From assembly GCA_951406725.2 (NCBI GenBank), contig OX597833.1:40548001-40612000 (forward strand): DNA of 64,000 bases, given 5' to 3'. Below, piece by piece: positions 14,914 through 28,754 of this stretch. The stretch comes from Octopus vulgaris. Taxonomy: Eukaryota. The notes beneath the pieces were generated by a model that ran no database searches, had not been told where the DNA came from, and saw only the letters and a program-made list of their open reading frames with translations. Numbering within the stretch: the first letter of the stretch is position 1; each line of letters begins with the position of its first letter. The position numbers and the translations under genes are program-made.

Positions 14914-16542
14914 AAAGGTTAAAATAATACTATGGTAGTGAATTGTTTTACTCACCTTAACCCATTTAAGCAGATCTTAGGACGTGGATTTGCCAGTTTT
15001 GATCCGACGGTGATTTTACCCTCGGGAAGGTAGTGGAAGATGACTTTAGATAAAAGAGGATCTTCATTAAGGTTTACTAGATGATGTTGAGTGGATTGTC
15101 TTTGTAAATCTCCGTGAATTGATTCATTGTCCATCAACTGAGCTGTAGCAAGCTGTAGGCAAAGAAGTGACTTTACTTGACATATGTACATATATATATG
15201 TAGTGGATCTTGCATGTATGAAGTGGATTCGATCCACCATAGCCAAATTTAAATTAGCAGTTCAACAGAACTTTTCTCATGGTAAAACAATAGTTTTTCT
15301 CTGACAGCAGTTTTACATTTGCCAGATTGCCTTTAGCTAGGCCGAAAGAATGTCTTCCCCACTTGACCCTTATAACCTCTTCTACTTCACCAAAAGCTAG
15401 AATAGAGACATCACAGTACCACCAACGAAGCCCATTGTTCTCAACGATATGTCTATCCATCTGGATAGTTATAAAAACAAGAACCTGCAAGCAAAAGACA
15501 GTTAGTCAATTCGGTGACAACTCAGTGAGAAAGAAGTCTGACTGACCAGCTAGAACCTTGGTCAGAGGGAGAAATGAAATTTACTGTCAGCAACTGTGAG
15601 ACAACGTCCCACAACCCTACAACTCTCACTAGCTCTAATTCTGTTCGCTTACAACATCATTCTATCTCTCTCTGTAATTACTACTAAACAATGAAGAGAA
15701 CACAAACACAAACTTTACTTCGCATGCTTTTGGATTTATCATAACCTGCCTGTCGAGGCAAGGTATTGTAATGTAACGGTAAATAAATATTTCCTTAAAA
15801 CTTCATGCATTGTTTATCTTTCACATCCTACAACATGCTGTTATAAAAACAAATTTTTATCGTTACAACAACTGATTCCAACAACTGCTTTAGTTTTTGT
15901 CTCCCAAATGTCTAGGTTCAAACCTGTAAGGAGTAAAATATATTACAGTAATATTACTAGTCATTTCAATTGACCACATCCCACACTGATGTCAATTCAA
16001 GGTTTTATGCTTGAATATACATATATATGTGTGTAGATTGCTGTAAGAACATAGATCTCTGCATATTTTTCAAATGTTTGCATGTTTGCTTGTGTAGCAA
16101 TAGAAGTGATTCACCAATAGTCTATATGCAATTTTATCAATACTCCCAGAAAATATTGTAGTTTAAGTGCAAAAATTTGTGTGGATAAGATTTTTGCTAG
16201 TTAAGTGGATAAGAACTTTCACCATGTGTATAGGTTCTGTAAAATTTCTATTAGGCACCCTTAAGAATTTCTTTTAGCTGTGCACCTGGTGTATACCTTG
16301 ATTAATATACCAACTCTATTGACAAATAGATGAGTGCATGTTTTTTCTGACTTATGGATTCTTAGACAACTATTATATATAGTTATTCAGGCACTCAACT
16401 ATGAGTCCACTGCATCTTATAGCACAAACAGCTGTAAGCTAACAAAGTCCAATAACATAAACGTTTTTTTCTCTTTTCATCTCATCTTATTACCTCTCTA
16501 TAATTATCTAACACTTTGTTCTGAAGTATGTATATATGTATG

Positions 16543-16576
<34 letters not shown>

Positions 16577-16583
16577 TGCATGC

Positions 16584-16676
<93 letters not shown>

Positions 16677-19600
16677 AATTAGTAAATAAATGGCACAACT
16701 AAGTACCGATATTTACTGGAAATAGCGAACGTAAAAATACGACGCTAATGTGTAGCTTCACCGCGTATGTATTAGCAAAAATGCGTGTGTGCAACAAAAT
16801 AGAGAAAAAAAACGTCTTACCTCCAGGGAGAACATCTGAAAGATGAAACACCCGGAAAATGGATAATGTGGTACCTGCAGGTTTCAGGTTTTGCAAGATA
16901 TGTCTCTCACCCATATTTTGCTTTACCTTCTTCAGCCAAACATATACCAAGACGAAATCTACGATGTTACCACATTAATACTAACACACTCGACTGAAAT
17001 ACGGAACAGTACGAGAAACGGTGAAGAAGTTTCAAAATATCAGTAATGCAATACAAAGTATTGCCTTCCAGTAAAAAGTAGCCCGTGAGGGAAAAATACA
17101 CAAATTAGTAAATAAATGGCACAACTAAGTACCGATATTTACTGGAAATAGCGAACGTAAAAATACGACGCTAATGTGTAGCTTCACTGCGTATGTATTA
17201 GCAAAAATGCGTGTGTGCAACAAAATAGAGAAAAAAACCCAAATGTCTAGGTTCAATAGAGTTGGTATATTAATCAAGGTATACACCAGGTGCACAGCTA
17301 AAAGAAATTCTTAAGGGTGCCTAATAGAAATTTTACAGAACCTATACACATGGTGAAAGTTCTTATCCACTTAACTAGCAAAAATCTTATCCACACAAAT
17401 TTTTGCACTTAAACTTTTTCACTTCTTGAGTGTTATACTAATACATCTGTTTGTTGTCTACACAACCTGTCTTTGTCTGTTTTTTTTTTTGTGAATTCTC
17501 CCTATATATCATCATCATCATCGTTTAACGTTCGTTTTCTGCGCTAGCACGGGTTGGACGGTTTGACCGGGGTCTGGGAAGCCAGGGGCTGCACCAGGCT
17601 CCAGTCTGATCTGGCAGTGTTTCTACAGCTGGATGTCCTTCCTAATGCCAACCACTCCGCGAGTGTAGTGGGTGCTTTTTACATGCCACCGGCACAGGTG
17701 CCAGGGGAGTCTGGTATCGGCCACGATCGGTCGGTGCTTTTAACGTGCCACCGGCACGGAAGCCAGCCAAGGCGGTGCTGGCATCGGCCACGTTCGGATG
17801 GTGCTTTTTATGTGCCACCGGCACAGAAGCCAGTCAAGGCGGCGCTGGCATCGGCCACGTTCGGATGGTGCTTTTTATGTGCCACCGGCACAGGTATCAC
17901 AACTACTATTTCCATATATATATATATGAGTGTGTGTGTGTACATATGCATGTGTTTTAGTTATTACCTTTTCTTCCCAAGTCTGTGTTGATTCAGCCAG
18001 CAGTCTTTGGTTTGCAGTGAGCTGTGACTGTAAACTGTCCAACTCCTTCCTCAGTTCTTCATCATCTGTGACAGAATAGATAAACTGGTTAATAGTGTGT
18101 TTTGAGGGGAAATTAAATGTGGGCAATGTTAAAGGGTGACACAAGATAATGAAGTGCAGTGTTTCTCAAAAAGGTGGACTCTATGGAAAATTCAGTGAGA
18201 GGGTGTCGAATTATTTTACTATATTATTTCTTTATTGCCCACAAGGGGCTAAACATAGAGGGGACAAACAAAGGGATTAAGTCGATTACATCGACCCCAG
18301 TGTGTAACTGGTACTTAATTTATCGACTCCGAGAGGATGAAAGGCAAAGTCGACCTCAGTGGAATTTGAAATCAGAATGTAACAGCAGACGAAATACCTA
18401 TTTCTTTACTACCCACAAGGGGCTAAACACAGAGGGGACAAACAATGACAGACTAAGTGATTAAGTCAATTACACCGACCCCAGTGCGTAACTGGTACTT
18501 AACTTAATCGACCCCGAAAGGATGAAAGGCAAAGTCAACCTCGGTGGAATTTGAAATCAGAACATAACAGCAGACGAAATACCTATTTCTTTACTACCCA
18601 CAAGGGGCTAAACACAGAGGGGACAAACAAGGACAAACAAGGACAGACAAACGGATTAAGTCGATTATATCAAACCCAGTGTGTAACTGGTACTTATTTA
18701 ATCGACTCCGAAAGGATGAAAGGCAAAGTCGACCTCGGCGGAATTTGAACTCAGAACGTAGCAGCCGATGAAATACCGCTAGGTATTTCACCTGGCGTGC
18801 TAATGCTTCTGCCATGTCCCATCACTAAACATCAGCTATTCATTGTCTGAAATGGGGACAAGTGTAACCCTTTTGTTACTGTATTTATTTTGAGATGCTC
18901 TGTGTTTCTTTCAATTACTTTAACCCTTTAGTGTTCTGATTATTCTATCAAACATAATGCCTATTGATTCCCATTGATTTGAATTAAACATGCATTATCT
19001 CATATCTTCAAGATCTTGATGGTGTAATTACTTAATGTAGAATAACATTGTGGGGTAGGTGTGAGAGCATGGATCTGGTCAGTTTGAACATAAAACAGAT
19101 TAAATATTTTGGCCGGATATGGCCGGTTTAAATACTAAAGGGTTAAATATAACAAAGAATTTAGTAAAATAACTTAGTTATCATTCAGCTAGTGTTAGGA
19201 ACATAAATTGGGACTAAGTTTTAGTGGAAGATTTTAATTCAAAGTTTATAAAAATAAGACATTTGTACTCAAAGCCAGAGCTGGTTTCAGCCGGGTTGGT
19301 AATGAAAGGGTTAAATGAACTTTGCAGGTGAAAAACATTTAAATGTTTGTTGGTGGACAAGTTATCACTAATCACACTTCTATTTCATTTCCTTTTTGTC
19401 CGTACAGTTTTGTTTTTATGTTATATAAGAAACTAACTTTAACATAATTTTATTAAATGTCCATGAGTTGTATCAATAAAGTATAAAGATAATAAAATGT
19501 GCATCTACTGATGATAGAAAAGAGGGAAAAATTAAATACCAATAATATGGAAAAAGATTTTAACCAGATTTGAACCTTCAACTCTGCATTACAGTAAAGG

Positions 19601-20277
19601 TTTTTTAAAAAAGTAATACACTTTTGTAAATACAAAACAGAATACTAAGCTTTAACTAAATTTGAACTTTTATACTTGTTGGGGCAAGAGTTACAACACC
19701 CCCTGTGAGAATGGACTGACCGAATGACTACAGATAGCAGCTGTTTGAGTGAGAAGGGAGAGAGTAGGCTTTAATCACAGGAAGTCGTAAGGTGGTGGTG
19801 TTTTGGTAGTTTGTCAGAATATCATTTGTTGGTTCATGTATAATTTGTGTAGAGTTTGTTGGATTGTTACATTGTTGTAACCCTGCTTTGTTATATGTTT
19901 ATTGTTACTATATGGTTATAGTGTAAAAAGTATTGTCATAACAATTGGCGATACAACAATATTGGTGATGAGGATTCGAAACTCATGCAGGTCAGTTAAC
20001 AAACTTTTGTGATACAAAGCTGCTAATTATGGAAGACCTATTAGCTTCAATAATTCAGCTGCAAAAGCAACAGCAAGTACAGCAACAGGAGTTGCACAAA
20101 CAACTACAACAGCAACAACTTGTTTTTACATTATTTACACTATTTACATTTGATGGATATTTGTCCTCATCTTGTTTGTTGTTGACACAATGTTTCGGCT
20201 GATATACCTTCCAGCCTTCTTCAGGTGTCTTGGGGGAAATTTCGAACCTGGGTTCTCATTCCTAAGATATTTTTCGA

Positions 20278-20316
<39 letters not shown>

Positions 20317-23240
20317 CATTATTATTGTTAATGTTCAGGTCACTGCTTGGAATCGAACTCGGAATCTTGGGGTTAGTAGTTTATGGAGTGAATCTGGGGG
20401 TTATTAATTTGGGGTTAGTAAATATGGAGTGAATTTTAGGGCTTACAAATCTAATATTTTTCTATCCTTTCTTAATACCAGTTCCCATATGCTATTAATA
20501 TCTGCACTCGGTCTGCTTAGGAGGTTGTTGTGTCCTAGCATATATGCTGTTTCTTTTAGTTTTCTTATTTTCTAGTGGTGTTCTCTGTCTATTCACCCCT
20601 GTGGGAGAACCCAGGTTTGAAATTTGCCCCAAGACACCTGAAGAAAACCGGAGGGTATATCAGCTGAAACATTGTGTAAACAACAAATAAGATGAAAGCA
20701 AATAGCTGTCAAATGTAAATAGTGTAAATAATGTACATAATTCCTCATCTCTTAAATATAGAAATGAAGCTTGTTTTTAACCTGCACATTAAATGAATGA
20801 TAGATTAATTAAACTGGTTAGATAGTTAACCAATTGAGTAATAATAAAGAAGTGGAATTGTACCTATGTGTGTGTTATTATTGGTGTAATAACTGTCCCA
20901 AGACATAACAAAATTGCATAAAACATACTCATAAATCTTTACCTTGTGAATTATTTAGACCATTTCTTTCCAGGTATTTCTTTAAACGTTCATTCTCTTC
21001 CTGATTTAAGAAAGAACATAGACAATTTGAATATTCTTCAATAAATTAATGATTGTCAGCAGTTCCTATAATAAGGACTTTTTTAAAGACAAATATAAGG
21101 AGAGGCATATACACCAGACTCAAGAGTGCCTCCTCCATAAAAGCTTCACCCAGAATGGACTGCACCCGTCTGCCCTGCCTAGTTGTGCTACTAGTTAGAT
21201 TGCAGTCTGGGATTGTGTACATATTCAGGAATTAGATGGCTGATGATGATCAGAAATCAAACTAAATGAACCAAAGTATAGATGTGAATAGTAAAAAGAA
21301 AATGATTTCATCCTGAACAGGAGGATAATTACTCAAAATATTACCATCTTACAGAAGAAAAAGGTATAGAAAGGAATTAGTAGGACATTCTTAAGAATAT
21401 CCTTGTTCTTTACATTTACCAAGAGCAGTGATTCCCAATGTGGGGCATATGAAAATTGTGGTGGGACATGGGATCCAAAATGTTTTTCTTTTTCCTCCTT
21501 AGTAGGACATGATGTTGTGAAGATCTTTTTTTCACAGCAAACATACTTCACCTACACACACCTATTCAAATCAATTCCCCCAGCCAAGAATATTGTATGA
21601 AGACTGTTTGCTACAGTATAGCACTATACTAATACCCTACTTCGGCTATTTCTATAAGGAAAGTATATAATTATGAAATATTAAGAATAAAGTTGCTTTT
21701 TTCTAACCACCAATGGGGCATGCATTTTTCTGGAAAGTTATGGTGGATCCTGAGGGAAAATAGGTAGGAAAACACTGATCTAAACAGTCCACTTAGAGCC
21801 AAAATTACGTTAGAAGACACTTAAAAACTCAATATTAGACATTAATCACTGACAACCTCTCAAGTCCCATCAGTTGGCTTATGATATCAGAAATATGGAG
21901 CAATGTTTGCTGGAACTTTTCAGTACCTCAGATACTACAGTTCAATCCTCAATCTTATGCTAGAAATAGTCTTTTATATATACATACATACATATTATAT
22001 ATGCATATATATATATGATCGTTAGCCACTACACACATTTTGTTCTCTCCTTGTTTTTTCTGTGTCCCTTTCTGTAGAAGAACGTAGGCTCGAAATGTAA
22101 AAGACTTTTTCTATTCCTGAGCGTTATACTAATACATCTGTTTGTTTTGTACACCACCTGTCTTCGTCTTTTGTTTTTTTTGTAAACTCTCCCTATATAT
22201 ATATAGTGGCTGTGTGGTAAGTATAGGCATAGGAGTGGCTGTGTGGTAAGTAGCTTGCTTACAAACCACATGGTTCTGGGTTCAGTCCCACTGCATGGCA
22301 CCTTGGGCAAGTGTCTTTTACTATAGCCTCAGGCTGACCGAAGCCTTGTGAGTGGATTTGGTAGACGGAAACTGAAAGAAGCCTGTTGTATATACATATA
22401 TATATGTATATGAATGTGAGTGTATATTTTTGTGTGTCTGTGTTTGTCTCCACAACATCGCTTGACAATTGATGCTGGTGTGTTTACGTCCCCGTAACTT
22501 AGTGGTTCGGCAAAAGAGACTGATAGAATAAGTACTAAGCTTACAAAGAATAAGTCCTAGGGTCGATTTGCTCTACTAAAGGCGGTGCTCCAAGTGACTG
22601 AAACAAGTAGAAGAGTACATACCTTAAGTTCACGTATTAGTTTATCAATTGGGTTCTCGTTAACCACAGCCTTATTCTTTATCTGCTTTGCTCGATCAGC
22701 ATAACGGAGCGTAGAGAGAGTCTCATCATAATTGATGTCGGCAGGTGACAGAGCAGCTATCATCACAGTTCGACTGGTGAAACAAAAACAAAATCAGTAA
22801 TAATAACAAGAAAAGAAATAATGAGAAATGTGATGACAATTTCAATAACAACGACAATAGCCCTCACAACAGCTAAGACCACTTGCCTACAACACATCTC
22901 CATCTTCCTACTGTGTTTCTGTAAAACATAAAAACTATAACTTTTCTACATCTATATTAATACTAAGAATTTGTCAACAACACAGACACACACGCATACA
23001 GACACACACACATATATATACTCACACACACACATGTATATACACACAAATAAAAATTGAACAATGAGAATGAATGCTCAACATTACATTGGTGGATAAA
23101 GATTGTTTATTTGTGTGTTAAGGCTACCATTGGTTTCATGTTAAGAAATACCATAATTATCAAGCCAATCGTTTGGAACATCAATGTTCATCTCCATTTT
23201 GGTTTAATACACAAATAAGTATACATACATATACATACAT

Positions 23241-23279
<39 letters not shown>

Positions 23280-25907
23280 CACTTTCTGTCTACCAAATCT
23301 ACTCATAAGGCTTTAGTTGACTCAAGACTATAGCAGAGGACACTCACCTAAAGTGCCATACAGTGAGACTGGACCCTGAACCATGATTGCGAACCAAACT
23401 TCTTACCATAGGGCCATGTTACTGTTATTTTAACAATGAAAATTAAGAAAAATAAAATTACCTGTTGCCACCCAAAGCATTTTTTAATAGTTTGGTAAGG
23501 ACTGATTCCCTATATGGAACTACAACTTTCTTCTTGCCAGATGCTTGTTCTGCCAAAGCCTGAAATAGTTTAATAAATTGGATTCTTATTCCTTTATGAA
23601 TATTGTTTTCAAATTTATGCACAAGGCCAGTAATTTCAAGGAGGGGGTAAGTCAACTGCATTGACTCTGGTGTTTAACTGGCACTTAATTTATTGACCCT
23701 GAAAGGATGATGAAAGGCAAAGTCAACCTAGGCAGAATTTGAACTCAGAACATTAAGACGGATGAAATACTTCTAAGCATTTTACCCAGCGTACTAACAA
23801 TTCTGGCAGCTCACTACCCTATATTCATCATCATCATCATCATCATCACCATCGTTTAAAGTCCGCTTTCCATGCTAGCATGGGTTGGACGATTTGATTG
23901 AGGACTGGCGAACCAGATGGCTGCACCAAGCTCCAATCTTGATCTGGCAGAGTTTCTACAGCTGGATGCCCTTCCTAATGCCAACCACTCCGAGAGTGTA
24001 GTGTGTGCTTTTATGTACCACTGGTATGAGGGCCTGTCAGATGGTACTGGCAATGGCCATGCTCAAATGGTGTTTTTACGTGCCACCTGCACAGGAGCAA
24101 GTCCAGCAGCACTGGCAATGACCTCGCTCGAATGTTTTTTCATGTGCCACCAGCACAAGTGCCAGTAAGATGACGTTGGTAATGATCACACTCGAATGGT
24201 GCTTTTTATGTGCCACTGGCATGGAAGCCAGTTAGCTGCTCTGGCAATGATCATGCTCAGATGGTGCTCTTAGCGCTCCACTAGCATGGATGCCAGTCAT
24301 CGAATTTGATTTCAATTTCACTTGCCTTAACAGGTCTTTGCAAGCAATTCATTTATGAATATAGGTTTCAAATTTTGGCCCAAAGTTAGTTATTTTGGGG
24401 AGTGGGTAAATCGATTACCTTGACCCTAGTGTTCAACTGATACCTATTTTATTGACCCCGAAAGGACGAAAGGTAAAATTGATCTCAGCAGAATCTTAAC
24501 TCAGATTGTAAGGAGATGGAGGAAATGCTGTTAAACATTTTGCCTGGCATGCTAACAATTCTGGTAGATTGTCGCCTTATATTTATGCAAGAATATTGAG
24601 ATGTGAAATGTAATAGTTTTTTAAATACTAAGGAGAGAGGAGAAATGGTTTGTATAGGCTGGTGGCTAGGGTTTTATCACGATGAGTGATTAATCTTCTG
24701 ACAGATACAATGGTAACGAATCTTAGGTGCATTCATAGTTATATTGTGGATGGTGGTTTTATACTTGGGTGAAATGGAACCAAGCAAAAAAGTACTCAAT
24801 TCTGTAACATAAAGTGGTGATGGACTCTCCTGTTGTAAATGACAGATGAGGTTCCACAACTTCTTGTTGATCAACCTGCACAGATGAGTTGTTTATAGTG
24901 ATCAAATGTGTGTGCAGTACTTGAGCTAGCTCCCTTCATCAAATTAATAATGCCTGTACAGGGGCACGGTGAATGGAAGTGTTTTGCTCAAGAGCACAAT
25001 GCACTGCCAGGTCCAGATATCAAAACCACAATCTAGCAGTTGGGTGTGCAACACCCTAACCACTAAGCCACACACCCTCCTGAGTAAAATATCAACCACT
25101 GATTCTCTGGTTACTAGTTAACCACTTTATCAACTACAATTGATCATGTTACCAGATTGATAGGTAATAGCACATGTTATCAGCTAGATTGATAGGTAAT
25201 AACACAATTTACAGGGCAATTTGATAGTGGAATTATGAGTTCCTTACTGAAGTGTTGTATCATTAAGAAAACAAGACTACTGGGAATTGTTTGAAAGAAA
25301 AATAGACTCTGTGGGCCTCTCGGTCACTTACTGATATAACGTTTCCAAGAACAGATAGAGACCTGTTAATATTGGCACCTTCACGCAACCGATCACCTGT
25401 TGCACCAGTACTGTCTGCTCGTTCAGAACCTGCCAAAAGAAACAGACACTGTATGACAGCAAAGTATTATGTCTGTGAATGTGTGTGCCTGTGTGTGTGT
25501 ATGTGTGTGTGTGAGTGTGTGTGTGTGTGTGTATGTGCTCACGTAAGCATGCACTTGCACGTTTGAGTGTGTGTAGAAACATATATATAACAGAGAGAAA
25601 CATATATACATATCATCATCATCAACATCATTTAACATCCATTGTCCATGCTGGCATGGGTTGGATGGTTTGACTAGACTGGCACTCTGGAAGACTGCAC
25701 CAAGATCCAGTCTAATTTAGCATGGTTTTCTATGGCGGGATGCACTTCGAAATGTCAACCACTCTGAGAGTGTAATGGGTGCTTTTAAGGGCATCCAGCT
25801 GTAGAAAATCAGCCAGATCAGATTGGAGCCTGGTGCAGCCATCTGGTTCACCAGTCCTCAATCAAATCGTCCAACCCATGCTAGCATGGAAAGCGGATGT
25901 TAAACGA

Positions 25908-25947
<40 letters not shown>

Positions 25948-27998
25948 TGATGATGATGATGATGATGATAATTTTGGCACAAGGCCAGTAATTTTGAGGA
26001 GGGGATAAATTGATTACACCAACACCAGTGCTCAGCTGGTACATATTTTATTGACCCGGAAAAGATGAAAGGCAAAGTGAACCTCGGCAGAATTTGAACC
26101 CAGAACATAAAGACAAACAAAATGCTACTAAGCATAACAACGATACTGATTTCAAATTTTGGTGCAAGGCCAGCAAATTTGGGGGAGGGGGCTAGTCAAT
26201 TACATCGATACCAGTGCTCAACTTGTATGCATTTTATCAACGCTGAAAGAATAAAAAGCAAAGTCAACCCCAGTGGGATTTGAACTCAGAGCATAAAGAT
26301 GAACATAAAGAAGCCTGTAAACATTTTGCTTGGCTAACAATTCTGCCAGCTCGCTGCTCTAAGCATAATAATAATATTAACTATAATTGTGAGGATACTA
26401 ACTACAATACTAATGATGATGATGATAAAAGTAATAATAATAGTAATAGGAACAAGGGTGGTATTCTTTATAATAACGATGGTAGCTACATTGATAATAT
26501 GTAATAATCTATATATATAAAGCTGAAGTTGTCTGTGTGTGGCAGGTTAGGTAGCCTTCAACTAACACTATCTCCTCTGAGACCCTGCAGCGCAAGTTGA
26601 CCAAAATTGAGAGTAGGATAGAAGAAGGCTTGCTTTTCATTCTGTTGAAGAAAAAATTCAAATCGAACCATGTTAAGACCAAAAATTATTTACATCAAAA
26701 GGGTGCATTTTTTCTATGAAAATCCCTATTTTTTATGATTTTTTGACTGCTGTGTCACCATTTTTCAGTGTATTTCAACCAGAAAAATGTTCACTTAAAG
26801 AGTATAACAAGCAACATAATGCAAAATGTTTACTTTCCAAAAATTCCAATTCTAAAGGGTCGAAAAGAAAACAAACCCGAGCAACACCGGGCTATACTAC
26901 TAGTAAATGTAAAAACAGCAACAATTATAACATAACAAATGGCAATAGTGACACATGTCTGGTAGCGACATGATAGGATAATCTCAGTGAGGAGCCCAAA
27001 ACAGGGGGAAATTATGTTATGTGGCAGTCTGGCAGCTGTAGCAGACAATTGTCGTCTATCAAAGATCAGAAGTCCATATGAGAGGTCCTATCATCATCAT
27101 CATCATCGTTTAACGTCCGTTTTCCGCGCTAACACGGGTTGGACAATTCGACCGGGGTCTGGGAAGCCAGGAGGCTGTACCAGGCTCCAGTCTGATCTGG
27201 CAGTGTTTCTACAGCTGGATGCCCTTCCTAACGCCAACCACTCCGTGAGTGTAGTGGGTGCTTTTTACGTGCCACCGGCACAGGGGAGTCTGGCAGTGGC
27301 CACGATCGGTTGGTGCTTTTAACGTGCCACCGGCACGGAAGCCAGTCAAGGCGGCGCTGGCATCGGCCATGATTCGGATGGTGCTTTTTACGTGCCACCG
27401 AATGCAGTATTTGGTGTTCTAACAAAAGATCCACATTAAGTTGGATATAAATATTGACTTTTGGTATTAAAACTGCTTCTGTTGTTATTAATTAATAACA
27501 GTCATAATAATTATGATATTTATAACAATGATAATAACAATAGTAATAATAATAATGATAAAAGCATTGACTACAAAATTAGTTAAAAAAATAACAGTTT
27601 TAGTGGAGCTAAAAATACAAATAAAAATAAGAATAATAGTAGTAATAGCAACAATAACATGATGATGACAACTACGATGATGATGATGATGAGGAGGGTG
27701 ATGATGATGATGATTGCATTAACAACAATTGTAATAATTGGCCTGAATTTATCAATAACTGAAATGATTGATTGGTCTGGGGGGAGTATGCTGACATGGC
27801 TTTTAGTCATGGCAACTGTTCCAATATATACAACAGAGTTAATCATCATCATCATCATCATCATCACCATCATTTAGCGTCTGCTTTCCATGCTGGCATG
27901 GGTTAGATGGTTTGAATGGAACTGGTATACTGAAGAGCTGCACCAAGTTCCAGTCTGATATGGCATGGTTTCTAAAGCTGGATGCCCTTCCTAACACC

Positions 27999-28056
<58 letters not shown>

Positions 28057-28124
28057 GTAATAATAATAATAATATGTCACTTTGATGGCATGCACTGCTC
28101 TCTCACTCAATAATAATAATAATG

Positions 28125-28163
<39 letters not shown>

Positions 28164-28701
28164 TACTAGGCAGTGACTCTCATGGCTGATGATCTTAACT
28201 GATTGGAAGTGTTATCATGTATATTGTTTTGTCTTGGCCTAAAAGATGGGCTACAGCAAATATTCTTCTCAATACCACAGATTTGCTTGTCATTTGCTTG
28301 ACCATAACCAGTTGAGCACGTCCCTTGGTGGCTGATATGTGCATCTCTGATCACGGGCAGAAGTAGTGGGGGAGCATCATAGCCATGTTTTGAGAGGAAT
28401 TCTTAGAGGTTTGGATAATTCACCTCTGGAAACATGGGTCTTTCCTTCAACATCCTTAAACAACCCTTATTCAGGGACCTTTTAAGCAGGATAGGCTATT
28501 CGACCTGAAGAAAATTCTGAGTCCCACCTGCAAGATCATGTGCTGTTTATCTTGATATGTGATCACCATGTTGTGCACATATGGTTGTGATGCATGTGTC
28601 TGGTGTACCCTTATCAGATGTGTAATCATGATGGGTATATTGGGCTTTGTATATTTCATCCTAGTGTCACTTTGATGGCATACACAGCTCTCTCACTCAA
28701 T

Positions 28702-28754
<53 letters not shown>

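Larger units (their letters stand above)
16160..17415. repeat. Perfect 163-bp inverted duplication (16160-16322 / 17253-17415)
   Basis: Base-by-base reverse complement with no mismatch seen. Confidence 0.93.

Noticed and set aside
15199-15835. Solo LTR
   Set aside because: TGT...AATAAA...ACA pattern is suggestive, but terminal repeats are imperfect and no TSD, PBS or PPT could be confirmed.
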